Shown here: positions 1 through 7,926 of the stretch, piece by piece | Position numbering within the stretch: position 1 is the stretch's first letter | Layout of the letters: each line of letters begins with the position of its first letter | Assembly: GCA_012521875.1 (NCBI GenBank) | Contig: JAAYLN010000019.1 | Span: 1 to 46,863, forward strand | DNA from: Lentisphaerota bacterium | Lineage (GTDB): Bacteria; Verrucomicrobiota; Kiritimatiellia; RFP12; JAAYLN01 | Length of the DNA: 46,863 nt | Direction of reading: 5' to 3' | The notes under the pieces: model-generated | What the model was told of the DNA's origin: nothing | The model's database searches: none | The model's input: only the letters and a program-made list of their open reading frames with translations | Translations under genes and position numbers: made by a program

Positions 1-1
1 C

Positions 2-91
2 TTCGCCCTGCCGCAGGTGACACTCTCGGACCACCTGCCGCTCATCTGCGACTTCGAGCTGCCGGAGCAGGCCACCCAGGGCACACCATGA
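2..91 (+). CDS. 3' end of an endonuclease/exonuclease/phosphatase (EEP)-fold protein, truncated by the window edge
   Basis: The frame is open from the window edge and reads FALPQVTLSDHLPLICDFELPEQATQGTP*. SDHxP followed by hydrophobic residues is the C-terminal catalytic-His motif of EEP enzymes. The TGA stop (89-91) overlaps the next ATG (88-90) as ATGA. Confidence 0.4.
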   Translation, partial: FALPQVTLSDHLPLICDFELPEQATQGTP

Positions 92-996
92 AACTGCTGC
101 GCACAATCAAGCCAACAATCACGCCTTTCGAGCTGAACCCCGGTGACACGCTCGATCTGACGCTCACCACCGGCCGTCGCTGGCACATGGAGCTCGTCAA
201 CGCCACGGCCGGGGTCGTGGCGCGGGGCTTCGACCGCTACCGCTGCCGCAACCACGCCGCCGGCGACATCACGGTCTATGCCTTCACCGCCGTCGTGCGG
301 ATCAATGGCCGCGAGCACACACTGCGGCGCGAGGTCGGCTCGCAAGCCAGCTTCTACGAGCCATGGCTGATCGACGGTGTGCGCCTCTGGTTCGATGCGG
401 CCTCCTGCGCCTTCAAGGACAACGGCGGATTCATGGAGGAGAAGGACTGGCAGGGCGGACTGCTCTGCAAGCCCTTCAGGCTGACCCGCTGGGCGCTCCA
501 GCAGGAGGGGCTGCCCATCTGCCCCGAACCGCTCGGCGACTGGTATCCGAACCCCGCCGGCACGCTCGACATCCGCAACTGCTACACGGGCGAGGACTGC
601 TGGATGGGCCCCTACAACGGCGGCGCGGCCCACGGAGGACTCGATATCAACATGCCGGCCGGCACGATCCTCACGGCACCCTTCGACCTCGACGACCACT
701 TCCTCTACGACAGCCTCGCGGCCGGCGCCAACAACAACCGCTGGCTCGCCACCCGGCGCTGGGCGGATGGCGCGACATGGGAGATCCGCACCTCCCACCT
801 GATCGACATGATCACCCCGGAACGCACGCCGCTGGCGCGCGGCACCCCCTACGCCACCACGGCAGGCACCTTTGTGGGCTATCACGAGCACACGCACTTC
901 GTCTGGCGCGTATTCGAGCAGGGCGGCACCTACTTTCTTGATCCCTGGATCCTGATGCACGAGATCTGGGCACAACGCCCCACGCAAGCGGGATAG
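88..996 (+). CDS. M23 (LytM)-family metallopeptidase-like protein
   Basis: 302-aa ORF. HGGLDINMPAGTILTAPFD fits the M23 HxxxD motif, and HEHTHF near the C-terminus fits the HxH motif. It is translationally coupled to the upstream ORF through an ATGA overlap. Confidence 0.65.
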   Translation: MKLLRTIKPTITPFELNPGDTLDLTLTTGRRWHMELVNATAGVVARGFDRYRCRNHAAGDITVYAFTAVVRINGREHTLRREVGSQASFYEPWLIDGVRLWFDAASCAFKDNGGFMEEKDWQGGLLCKPFRLTRWALQQEGLPICPEPLGDWYPNPAGTLDIRNCYTGEDCWMGPYNGGAAHGGLDINMPAGTILTAPFDLDDHFLYDSLAAGANNNRWLATRRWADGATWEIRTSHLIDMITPERTPLARGTPYATTAGTFVGYHEHTHFVWRVFEQGGTYFLDPWILMHEIWAQRPTQAG

Positions 997-1008
997 GCCT
1001 GCCTTGTT

Positions 1009-1494
1009 GCGGGCGTTGCCCTGCGCTGGTATATCCCGCCCCTTCAGGGCTTTCATCAACTTTGTCGCGAGCCTTGTCGGTAACTTTGTCGAAAGCTAAA
1101 GATTAAGCTGGTGGAGTAAGCGTGCCGTTTAAGAGTGAGTTTAAGTGCGGCTGTTTTAAGTGGGTGCTTCGCGCTCACAACACCTTGTCCCCACACCTTG
1201 TCTCCACACTTTGTCTCTTTACGCTTCGTCTCCACACTTTGTCCCTACGCTTTGTCGAAAGCGAAAGAGAGCGCGCTGGAGTCTCAGTCTATTCTTTTCG
1301 TACTCAAGCCCCGGCACTGCCGATCCTGCCGGAACTGCCGGCGGAGGGCAAGCGTCGGCTTGCCCGCGCACCCTCGCAACCTCGGACGAGCAGACGCTCG
1401 TCCCTCCCGTGGCTGCGGCCTTGGCACTAAGTTTGGTGCCCCGCCGCGGCTAGCCGGGGGACGGCTTCGCCCCACCTGTGCTGGCGCGCCAGCA
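1009..1494 (+). repeat. Mosaic intergenic repeat block (modules a-b-c-d-f)
   Basis: Ordered modules: a, ggcgttgccctg..ctggtatat..ccccttcagggctttcat (1009-1056). b, TTTGTCG words (1058-1097). c, gattaagctggtggagtaagcgtgccgtttaagag..gggtgcttcgcgc (1101-1175). d, CTTGTC/TTTGTC words (1178-1262). f, hairpin chain ggcaagc-gtcg-gcttgcc, ggacgagc-agac-gctcgtcc, ggcac-taagtttg-gtgcc, gctagccggg..cttcgccccacctgtgctggcgcgc (1305-1494). The same modules recur at 5170, 13580, 17125, 27145, 37257 and 46241. Confidence 0.9.
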
Positions 1495-3651
1495 CTACCT
1501 GATCAGTATCAGCGTGCCGCCTGTTGGCAGTTGGTGGAAGCCGATATCGCAATGCCTGGTGTTGTGACTGCGGGGATTGCCGAAGAAATCGGTCTCGGCG
1601 GCCATCCAGGCCTGGTAGAGACCGGCGTCGCGGCAGGGGCTGTTCCGCTGCAGACGGAAGTCGCCGGATGCCGGATTCTTGAAACAGGGATCGTTGGTGA
1701 CGCTGTCGAAACCAAACACAACCGGAATGCAGCAGTTGAAGCAGTTGTTCGTGTAGCCGACCACGTTGTGGTCACGGCTCGCGGGATCGTCCACCCCCGC
1801 ATCGAAGTTGTCCCATACGATGCTGTTCACCAGCGAACCGGAGCGCACGGAGACGCCGCCGCATCCCTCCCTGGTCCCATGCGTGGCCGTTCCGGTGGCA
1901 TTGCTGACTACCGTGCAGTTGCGGACAGTACCACCTTCTACCAGCACACCACCGGCGCTCTTGGCCTTGTTGCCAATCACCAGCGAGTTCTCGAGAATGG
2001 CGGAACCCGAGACCACGATGCCGCCACCGCTCCCGGTGTAGGAGAAGGTCTGGTTGTTGACAATTATAGACTTGGAAACCCTGGCTCGCCAGCCCGTGAT
2101 CCACGCCCCGCCACCTGCCTGGTTAGCCAAACCCTGGCAATCAGTCACCTTGCCTTTGGTGAAGGTGCCGCCGTTGCCGTAGATGTAGAGGCCACCGCCA
2201 CGATTGTAGCCATTGGAAACGCAGACGCCTTCGACATAGGCATCGAGGCCATTGATCTCCAGTACCCTCCGGTTGCGGTTGGCATAGAAGCAGGTGGCGT
2301 CCATGCCCGCACCGATAAGCCGCTGTCCATCGCCGACAAATATCGTGCCGGTGATGCGGTAGCGCCCTTCGCCGACATGCAGCGTCACGCCCGGCCTGAG
2401 CACCCCGCTTACGGCCTCATTGATGTTGGAGGCCGCCGTGGCAGGCGTATCGTAGGGCCACTGGGCACCGGTGGAGTTGATGTTAACATAGGCCTCGGTG
2501 GGATAGACCGTGACGAAGCCGAGAGGCTCCTCACGCGTGTAGTCAACCCCGTCGTAATTCAGAACCAGCTTGACGCTGTGCCTGCCGACCCCGAAGGTCT
2601 GCTGGATGACGGTGCCCGTGCCCGCCGCCACGGATGAGCCGTCAAAGTACCAGGTGCAGGTACATTCCTCGATGGGGGCATTCTGCACGGTGGCGGTAAA
2701 GGTGAACTCGTATTCGCCGGCGACTTCATAGCAGTCCGCCACAATGCCGGGCGCCACCTTGGATACGCAGTATTCAATTGCGCCGATGTCAACCGTGTCG
2801 TTGAAGATGCGCGGCTGGCCGAGATAGTCCCTGGTCGAGACAACATGGTCGTTGCATCCCAGATCAATGCACATGGCGCTAGTGGCAGCGCTAAGCTTGT
2901 AGTACGGCAGGACATAGGGCGCAGAGGATTCTACCTGCGCGTTGGCCCCGATAGCCACCGTCGAGCAGCAGTTGCTGAAACTGGTGGCATCCGGACGCGT
3001 CGATCCGCCTTCGGATCTGAGGTTGTTTTCGCCGGACGTGGAAGTGTTGGCATAGGAGATTGTATTAAGGACATAGCCCGCATTGGCCGTCCGGTAGAGT
3101 CCCCCGCCGGAATATGCCTTATTGTCAGCTATCGTGCAGTTGACGACCTTGGCGTTTGCGATGCTCTTCGCCAGATAGACACCGCCGCCGATAGCGCCCG
3201 AGTTGTTGAGATTTCCGACTGCGTTGGAAATCACGAGGCAGTCCGCTAGCGTGCCGTAATCCATGTAAACACCAGCGCCTTTACCGGGGCCGACCGAGTT
3301 ACCGCAGTTCATGATGCAGGAATGTGTACAGAGCGCATTGTCCGAGGAGAGCCGCAACCCGCCGCCATCCGCCGAATTCGTTCCGGACTTGCTGGCGTTG
3401 ATGGTGCAGTTCGAGACCGTGCCGCCACCCCCGGCGATATAGATTCCGCCGCCCGTACGGCTAGCATAGCCACCGGTCATGAAGAGCCCGGCCACCAGAG
3501 CCTCGGCATGGCCGAGGTAGAAAAAGCGCCTGTAGCTGGCGGCCTTGACAATCGTTGCATCACGCTCTCCGGTGCCGATGATCTTGATCGCATCAACCAA
3601 GGCGTAGGAGTCGGAGAGCGTGTAGGTGCCGTTGGTGACGTAGATGGTGGA
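1495..3651 (-). CDS. C-terminal two thirds of the beta-helix / choice-of-anchor-Q-like surface protein (frameshifted fragment)
   Basis: In the frame of ORF 1495..3921, recognisable protein sequence starts at ..STIYVTNGTYTLSDSYALVDAIKIIGTGERD. It contains Gly/Asn-rich parallel beta-helix repeats (GGGIYI, GGGLRL, GGGVYL), PKD-like segments (CTWYFDGSS..GRHSVKLVL) and repeated NDPCF..P..GDFRL..SPC.DAG caps. The Pro/Arg-rich 5' extension 3658-3921 looks non-coding. Confidence 0.8.
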   Translation of the reverse strand, partial: STIYVTNGTYTLSDSYALVDAIKIIGTGERDATIVKAASYRRFFYLGHAEALVAGLFMTGGYASRTGGGIYIAGGGGTVSNCTINASKSGTNSADGGGLRLSSDNALCTHSCIMNCGNSVGPGKGAGVYMDYGTLADCLVISNAVGNLNNSGAIGGGVYLAKSIANAKVVNCTIADNKAYSGGGLYRTANAGYVLNTISYANTSTSGENNLRSEGGSTRPDATSFSNCCSTVAIGANAQVESSAPYVLPYYKLSAATSAMCIDLGCNDHVVSTRDYLGQPRIFNDTVDIGAIEYCVSKVAPGIVADCYEVAGEYEFTFTATVQNAPIEECTCTWYFDGSSVAAGTGTVIQQTFGVGRHSVKLVLNYDGVDYTREEPLGFVTVYPTEAYVNINSTGAQWPYDTPATAASNINEAVSGVLRPGVTLHVGEGRYRITGTIFVGDGQRLIGAGMDATCFYANRNRRVLEINGLDAYVEGVCVSNGYNRGGGLYIYGNGGTFTKGKVTDCQGLANQAGGGAWITGWRARVSKSIIVNNQTFSYTGSGGGIVVSGSAILENSLVIGNKAKSAGGVLVEGGTVRNCTVVSNATGTATHGTREGCGGVSVRSGSLVNSIVWDNFDAGVDDPASRDHNVVGYTNNCFNCCIPVVFGFDSVTNDPCFKNPASGDFRLQRNSPCRDAGLYQAWMAAETDFFGNPRSHNTRHCDIGFHQLPTGGTLILIR

Positions 3652-5020
3652 TGGTGGAGCCCTCGCCGGCCAGTGCAAGCGCCGCGTCAAGCGTCTGCGC
3701 GGCAGTCGCCGGTGAGGTGTATGGGGGAACCGGGTTGACGCTGTCGTCATCCACATACATGGGGCCGCTGCAACTGACGCGGATGGCATCCGGCAGCGTG
3801 CAGGTGAGGTTGGTGCCGTTGGCGAGCGCCACGCTGGCCGTGAGCGAGTAGGTGCCGAAACCGAAGGTGTGGGTAAACGAGGAACCGGTCTGCTCCAGTC
3901 CCTCCCAGGTGATGGTGGCACCGGTCAGATCGTAGCCGTTCGCCGTCAAGGTCACCGTCGCATCAAGCGCATCGCAGCCGCTATAGGCACTGGTTCTGAC
4001 ACCAAGGGCGTTCCTAGTGGCGTCGAAAGGCAGGTAGCCGAGGTCGCCGCCGTCCGTGCCGGCACCGATGCAGGGTGAACCCGGCATCAGCGAGTAGTCG
4101 CCGTTGACGGCGTCGGTGAAGCAGGGGTTGGCATTGACTGGATTGGTGCCGAACGCGCCGGTCGTGCAGAGATTGGTTACCAGGGCGCCGGCACCGATTG
4201 AGACGTTGGGGCGTCCGTCCGAAGAGTCGCGCAAGGCGACATTCCCCCACACGATCGTGTCCGTGACGATGCAGTTGGCACTGTCGGTGACATAGAGCGG
4301 GTAGTGCGAAACCGTATTCCCGGCGATGGTGCAGTTCTTCACCGTACCCTTCACGAGATAGACGACACCAAGCGTGTTGATACTATCGGCAAAATCCGAG
4401 CGATAGCAGCCGGTCACCAGCGAGTGTTCCAGCGTGCCGTTATTTATGTAAACGCCGACTGCATAATTGCCACCGGTCAGCCGCGTTGCGCAGTTCCTGA
4501 TAATGCAGCCGGTGATGCGTCCACCGCCGTTGATGTAGGCGCCGACTCCGTAAATAGCGCTGTTACCCGTGACATAGGCGGCCTCGATGATGCAGTTGGT
4601 CAGCGTGCCGCCGGAGGACATCCACACGCTACCACCCTTATTGTTGGTACAGCCGCCGCGGTAGACGCGCACGCCTGCCACAGTCGCGCCGGAGTTGCTG
4701 AATTTAAAGAGCGGTGAAGTGGCAGTCCTTTGCGCTCCATCCAGTGTGACATCCTCCGGGTTGCCGGAGAAGCCACGCACCGTGATGGCACGGGTCAAAT
4801 CAATGGTTGCCATAATATCATACGTGCCATTGGTGATGACCACCTCGTCGCCATCGTTTGTCGCCGCCGCCACGCCTTCGGCAACGGTCTTGAAGGCATT
4901 GCTCCAGGCGGAACCATCGCCCGAAGCCGCAACGCTTCCATCAACGTAATACGTGGTGGCCGCCTGCGCATTGATCGTGATTGCCACCGCCAGAACAAGA
5001 AACGCTCTAAGTTTATGCAT
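3593..5020 (-). CDS. N-terminal third of the same beta-helix surface protein (ends prematurely after the frameshift)
   Basis: ATG at 5020 gives MHKLRAFLVLAVAITINAQA, which is signal-peptide-like. It is followed by TTYYVDGS..ITNGTYDI, beta-helix repeats, a NANPCFTD..GDYSL.PGSPCIGAG cap and a PKD-like segment. After ..LALAGEGSTI (3650) the frame degenerates into HHLRHQRHLHALRLLRLG*. Confidence 0.8.
   Translation of the reverse strand: MHKLRAFLVLAVAITINAQAATTYYVDGSVAASGDGSAWSNAFKTVAEGVAAATNDGDEVVITNGTYDIMATIDLTRAITVRGFSGNPEDVTLDGAQRTATSPLFKFSNSGATVAGVRVYRGGCTNNKGGSVWMSSGGTLTNCIIEAAYVTGNSAIYGVGAYINGGGRITGCIIRNCATRLTGGNYAVGVYINNGTLEHSLVTGCYRSDFADSINTLGVVYLVKGTVKNCTIAGNTVSHYPLYVTDSANCIVTDTIVWGNVALRDSSDGRPNVSIGAGALVTNLCTTGAFGTNPVNANPCFTDAVNGDYSLMPGSPCIGAGTDGGDLGYLPFDATRNALGVRTSAYSGCDALDATVTLTANGYDLTGATITWEGLEQTGSSFTHTFGFGTYSLTASVALANGTNLTCTLPDAIRVSCSGPMYVDDDSVNPVPPYTSPATAAQTLDAALALAGEGSTIHHLRHQRHLHALRLLRLG
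3644..3657. repeat. Perfect 7-bp tandem duplication (ATGGTGG)x2 that causes the frameshift
   Basis: The plus strand reads gtag ATGGTGG ATGGTGG agcc. On the coding strand this is CCACCAT CCACCAT. Confidence 0.95.
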
Positions 5021-5169
5021 GGCTCCGTCTTCCGTTTGAAAGTGGCGGTTCAGGCAATGGTCATGCATGCGCGCCCGCATGGCGCGCAACCCAGTGGCAG
5101 CAATAACCATCAAACCGCCATTATGGGTTAAGGTAACAGATCGATAAGATAGCGTCAACAGCCGGTTTG

Positions 5170-5660
<491 letters not shown>

Positions 5661-6200
5661 GTGCGCCCAGCATGGGCATGTACTAACCAACTGAAAGGAG
5701 TTGATCGTAAGCAGTGACAGCAAACGTAGCGAACGGCAAGGCCGCGACCGCAAGGGAGCGAGCTGAAGGAAGCCGCTAGCAAAGGCACGGCCGCAGGAAC
5801 ACGAACAGGCAGCGAGGCAGTGTGCGGGCGATGAGTGTGCGAGAGAACACGAAATCCGACAGTCACCGAAAGACGCACGGTGTAGAGCCTGGCGGCGCGG
5901 GCCGGTAGTACATGCACCTTACCTGGGGAGGCCCCGGACGTGAGAGCGCCCGGGGAGTCAGCAGAAGCCATAGTAGCGTGGACGCCCGCCGAAAGGCGGG
6001 AGGAGCGAAGGGCCGAAGGACAACGAGAGTGCGATCGGTCAACCGTCTTGGAAGGACGGCGGGGAGAGCCGTGAAACAAGGGGGCGCAACAACTGCGGTA
6101 GCCACCCCCGCGGCGCGGCGGACGGTGCCGGTGGATTCCGGCACCCGTCCACAAGCGCGCGGCTCCAGTCCGACTTCCAGCGACAAGGAGACAGCAGAAG

Positions 6201-7475
6201 ATGCACAATGAAGAGAACACGGGAACGGCAACACTGGAGACGGTGCTGTCGAGCGAGAACATGCGGGAGGCCTGGCGTTCGGTGAAAGCCAACGACGGAG
6301 CCCCCGGTGTCGACGGACTGGATGCCAAGGCGACGCTGGAACACCTGCGGACGCACTGGGGCGGAATCCGTGCCAAGCTGCTGGCCGGGGAATACAAGCC
6401 CGGCGCGGTGCGTGCGGTGGACATCCCGAAGGCAAGCGGCGGCACGCGCCGTCTCGGCATCCCCAACGTACAGGACAGGCTGATTCAACAGGCCATCCAC
6501 CGGACACTGTCCCCGCTCTGGGAGGCGGAGTTCAGCGGGCACAGCCACGGCTTCAGGCCGGGGCGCAGCGCGCACGACGCCATCCGCGAGGCGCAAGGAT
6601 ACATCCGCGAAGGGAAGGTGTGGATAATCAACATCGACCTGAAAGGGTTCTTCGATGAGGTGAGCCACGACATTCTGATGCGGCTGGTCGCGCTGAAGGT
6701 GCGGGACAAGCGGCTGCTGCGGCTGATCGGCAGATACCTGCGGGCAGCGATGCAGTTCCCCGACCGGAGCAGGGAGAAGCGCACGAAGGGCACGCCGCAG
6801 GGCGGCCCGCTGTCGCCGCTCCTTGCCAACATCTACCTCGACCCGCTGGACAAGGAGATGGAGGCGCGCGGACTCTCGTTCGTGCGCTATGCGGACGACA
6901 TAGCGGTGTTCGCCTCAAGCGAGCGCTCCGCCGCCCGCATCCTTAAGCGCCTTATAAAGTGGATCGAGAAGCACCTCAAAATCCCCGTGAACCGGGACAA
7001 GAGCGGAAGCGGGCCGGTGGACGAGAGCGCGCTGCTGGGGTTCCGGCTTGGCCGGGACGGCGGCGTGTACGTCTCGCCGAAATCCATAGCGGAGCTCAAG
7101 ACCGAGGTGCGCCGGTTGTGGGACGCGCGGCAGAACCGGACGGAGGAGGGACTGGCCGCCCAATGGGGCAAGTTCATCAATGGCTGGTGGGAATACTTCA
7201 AAATCGCGGACAGCGGGTACGAACCGCGCAACCTGAGCGGCTGGATACGCCGCCACATGCGCAAGTGCTTCTGGCTGCGGTGGAGAACGCCGAAAGGGAG
7301 ACTCAACGCCCTCGCACGCCACGGAGTGAAGGGGCGCTCCCTTGGAATCGCCTACACCGGACTGGGCGCGTGGCGCGTTGCTCGATCACACGCGATGCAA
7401 CACGCGCTGAAGAACTCGACACTCAACGCGATGGGGTTGTCCATGCCGTGGGACTTCGCGAGGGCACATGTGTGA
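6201..7475 (+). CDS. Group II intron reverse transcriptase/maturase (no endonuclease domain)
   Basis: 424 aa. The N-terminus SENMREAWRSVKANDGAPGVDG is typical of intron-encoded proteins. RT motifs include PKASGGTRRLGIP, GTPQGGPLSPLLANIYL and the catalytic YADDIAVF. A maturase-like C-terminus follows (WINGWWEYF, RRHMRKCFW), with no HNH/En extension. AAGGAG lies 9 nt upstream of the ATG. Confidence 0.95.
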   Translation: MHNEENTGTATLETVLSSENMREAWRSVKANDGAPGVDGLDAKATLEHLRTHWGGIRAKLLAGEYKPGAVRAVDIPKASGGTRRLGIPNVQDRLIQQAIHRTLSPLWEAEFSGHSHGFRPGRSAHDAIREAQGYIREGKVWIINIDLKGFFDEVSHDILMRLVALKVRDKRLLRLIGRYLRAAMQFPDRSREKRTKGTPQGGPLSPLLANIYLDPLDKEMEARGLSFVRYADDIAVFASSERSAARILKRLIKWIEKHLKIPVNRDKSGSGPVDESALLGFRLGRDGGVYVSPKSIAELKTEVRRLWDARQNRTEEGLAAQWGKFINGWWEYFKIADSGYEPRNLSGWIRRHMRKCFWLRWRTPKGRLNALARHGVKGRSLGIAYTGLGAWRVARSHAMQHALKNSTLNAMGLSMPWDFARAHV

Positions 7476-7490
7476 CCCTTGCCGTGTCCA

Positions 7491-7565
7491 ACCGCCGGAT
7501 GCGGATCCGCATGTCCGGTGGTGTGGAAGGGGCGCTGGGCGCAATCCCATGCGCCCCCATCCGAT
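7491..7565 (+). ncRNA. Intron domain V and VI region
   Basis: ACCGCCGGA-UGCG-GAUC-CGCA-UG-UCCGGUGGU folds as a 9-bp lower stem containing a G-U pair, a 2-nt bulge, a 4-bp upper stem and a tetraloop. This is the standard domain V shape, with a CGC triad as in class C introns. It is followed by a GGGGCGC..GCGCCCC stem (domain VI-like) and the 3' AU. Confidence 0.6.
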
Positions 7566-7800
7566 CCGTGGCTGCGGCCTTGGCGCCAAGTTTGGTGCCC
7601 CGCGTGCGGCTAGCCCGACTTCGCCCCATCTCTGCTGGCGCTCTCGCGGAAACAGCCACCAGTGTGGCGCGGACATTCCTGTCTGCGCGGGCAGGCAGGA
7701 ATGCCTGCCCCACACTACCACGCTCCATCGCTGCGGCTAGCCGGAACGGCTTCGCCCCACCTCTGCTGGCGCTCTCGCGGAAACAGCCCAGCCACTCGCC
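7566..7800 (+). repeat. 3' continuation of the interrupted module f, plus a palindrome module and a second module-f tail
   Basis: Sequence in order: ccgtggctgcggccttggcgccaagtttggtgcc..gctagcc..cttcgccccatctctgctggcgc; then cagtgtggcgcggacattcctgtctgcgcgggcaggcaggaatgcctgccccacactaccacgctccatcgc (7660-7733); then gcggctagccggaacggcttcgccccacctctgctggcgc again. Confidence 0.85.
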
Positions 7801-7926
7801 ACCAACCCGACCATCGAGGCTGGTTTTCGACAACCTCGGCATTCTCCGCAACATGTACGGGCGGCACGCATGCCGCCCCCGCCGCCCCGGCGGCGGCACA
7901 CTGCCTACTGCAACTGCTCCCCCGCA

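Larger units (their letters stand above)
1495..5020 (-). pseudogene. Single three-module beta-helix adhesin-like gene, disrupted by a 7-bp duplication (or carrying an assembly error)
   Basis: Removing one ATGGTGG copy (3644-3657) fuses the two ORFs into one 1,173-codon frame. The junction then reads GEGSTIYVTNGTY, matching the paralogous module openings GDEVVITNGTY and GVTLHVGEGRY. Confidence 0.75.
5661..7565 (+). mobile_element. Bacterial group II intron, class C-like (1,905 nt)
   Basis: The 5' end GTGCGCCCAGCATGGG matches the canonical GUGYG start (compare the Ll.LtrB GUGCGCCCAG start). An RT/maturase ORF sits in the domain IV position. A domain V-like hairpin lies at 7491-7522 and the 3' end is ..CCGAU. 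The flanks join to ggacgagcagacgctcgtccctc|ccgtggctgcggccttggc, identical to the uninterrupted paralogue at 1384-1425. Confidence 0.9.

Noticed and set aside
1478-1495. Hairpins directly after stop codons as canonical Rho-independent terminators. Examples: 1478-1495 gtgctggcgcgccagcac; 16374-16390; 27105-27120; 21994-22016
   Set aside because: The stems are good, but none is followed by a U/T tract. They may still terminate or stabilise transcripts, but they cannot be called intrinsic terminators from sequence alone.
3658-3921. N-terminal 88 residues of the 808-aa ORF (MPPSPGRDWSRPVPRLPTPSVS..) as real coding sequence
   Set aside because: The segment is a Pro/Arg/Ser-rich out-of-frame read of the upstream fragment, which encodes recognisable PKD-like and opener sequence in its own frame. 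The two frames are reconciled by the 7-bp duplication.
5021-5158. Upstream extensions of several ORF-track entries: 5158, 14393, 20459, 23247, 25415, 31740, 32650, 37125, 39653, 9790
   Set aside because: In each case an internal ATG gives a canonical family N-terminus or signal peptide, often with an SD motif or a stop/start overlap. The extension is low-complexity, overlaps the neighbouring gene or runs into repeat DNA. Several track starts are non-ATG codons.
6201-7475. Reverse transcriptase as a defence RT (retron, DRT, Abi-type) or a diversity-generating retroelement
   Set aside because: The ORF has the group II intron maturase-type C-terminus. It sits inside a unit with a GUGCG 5' end, a domain V/VI-like 3' end and a clean empty-site paralogue. 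No msr/msd-like or TR/VR repeats are seen.
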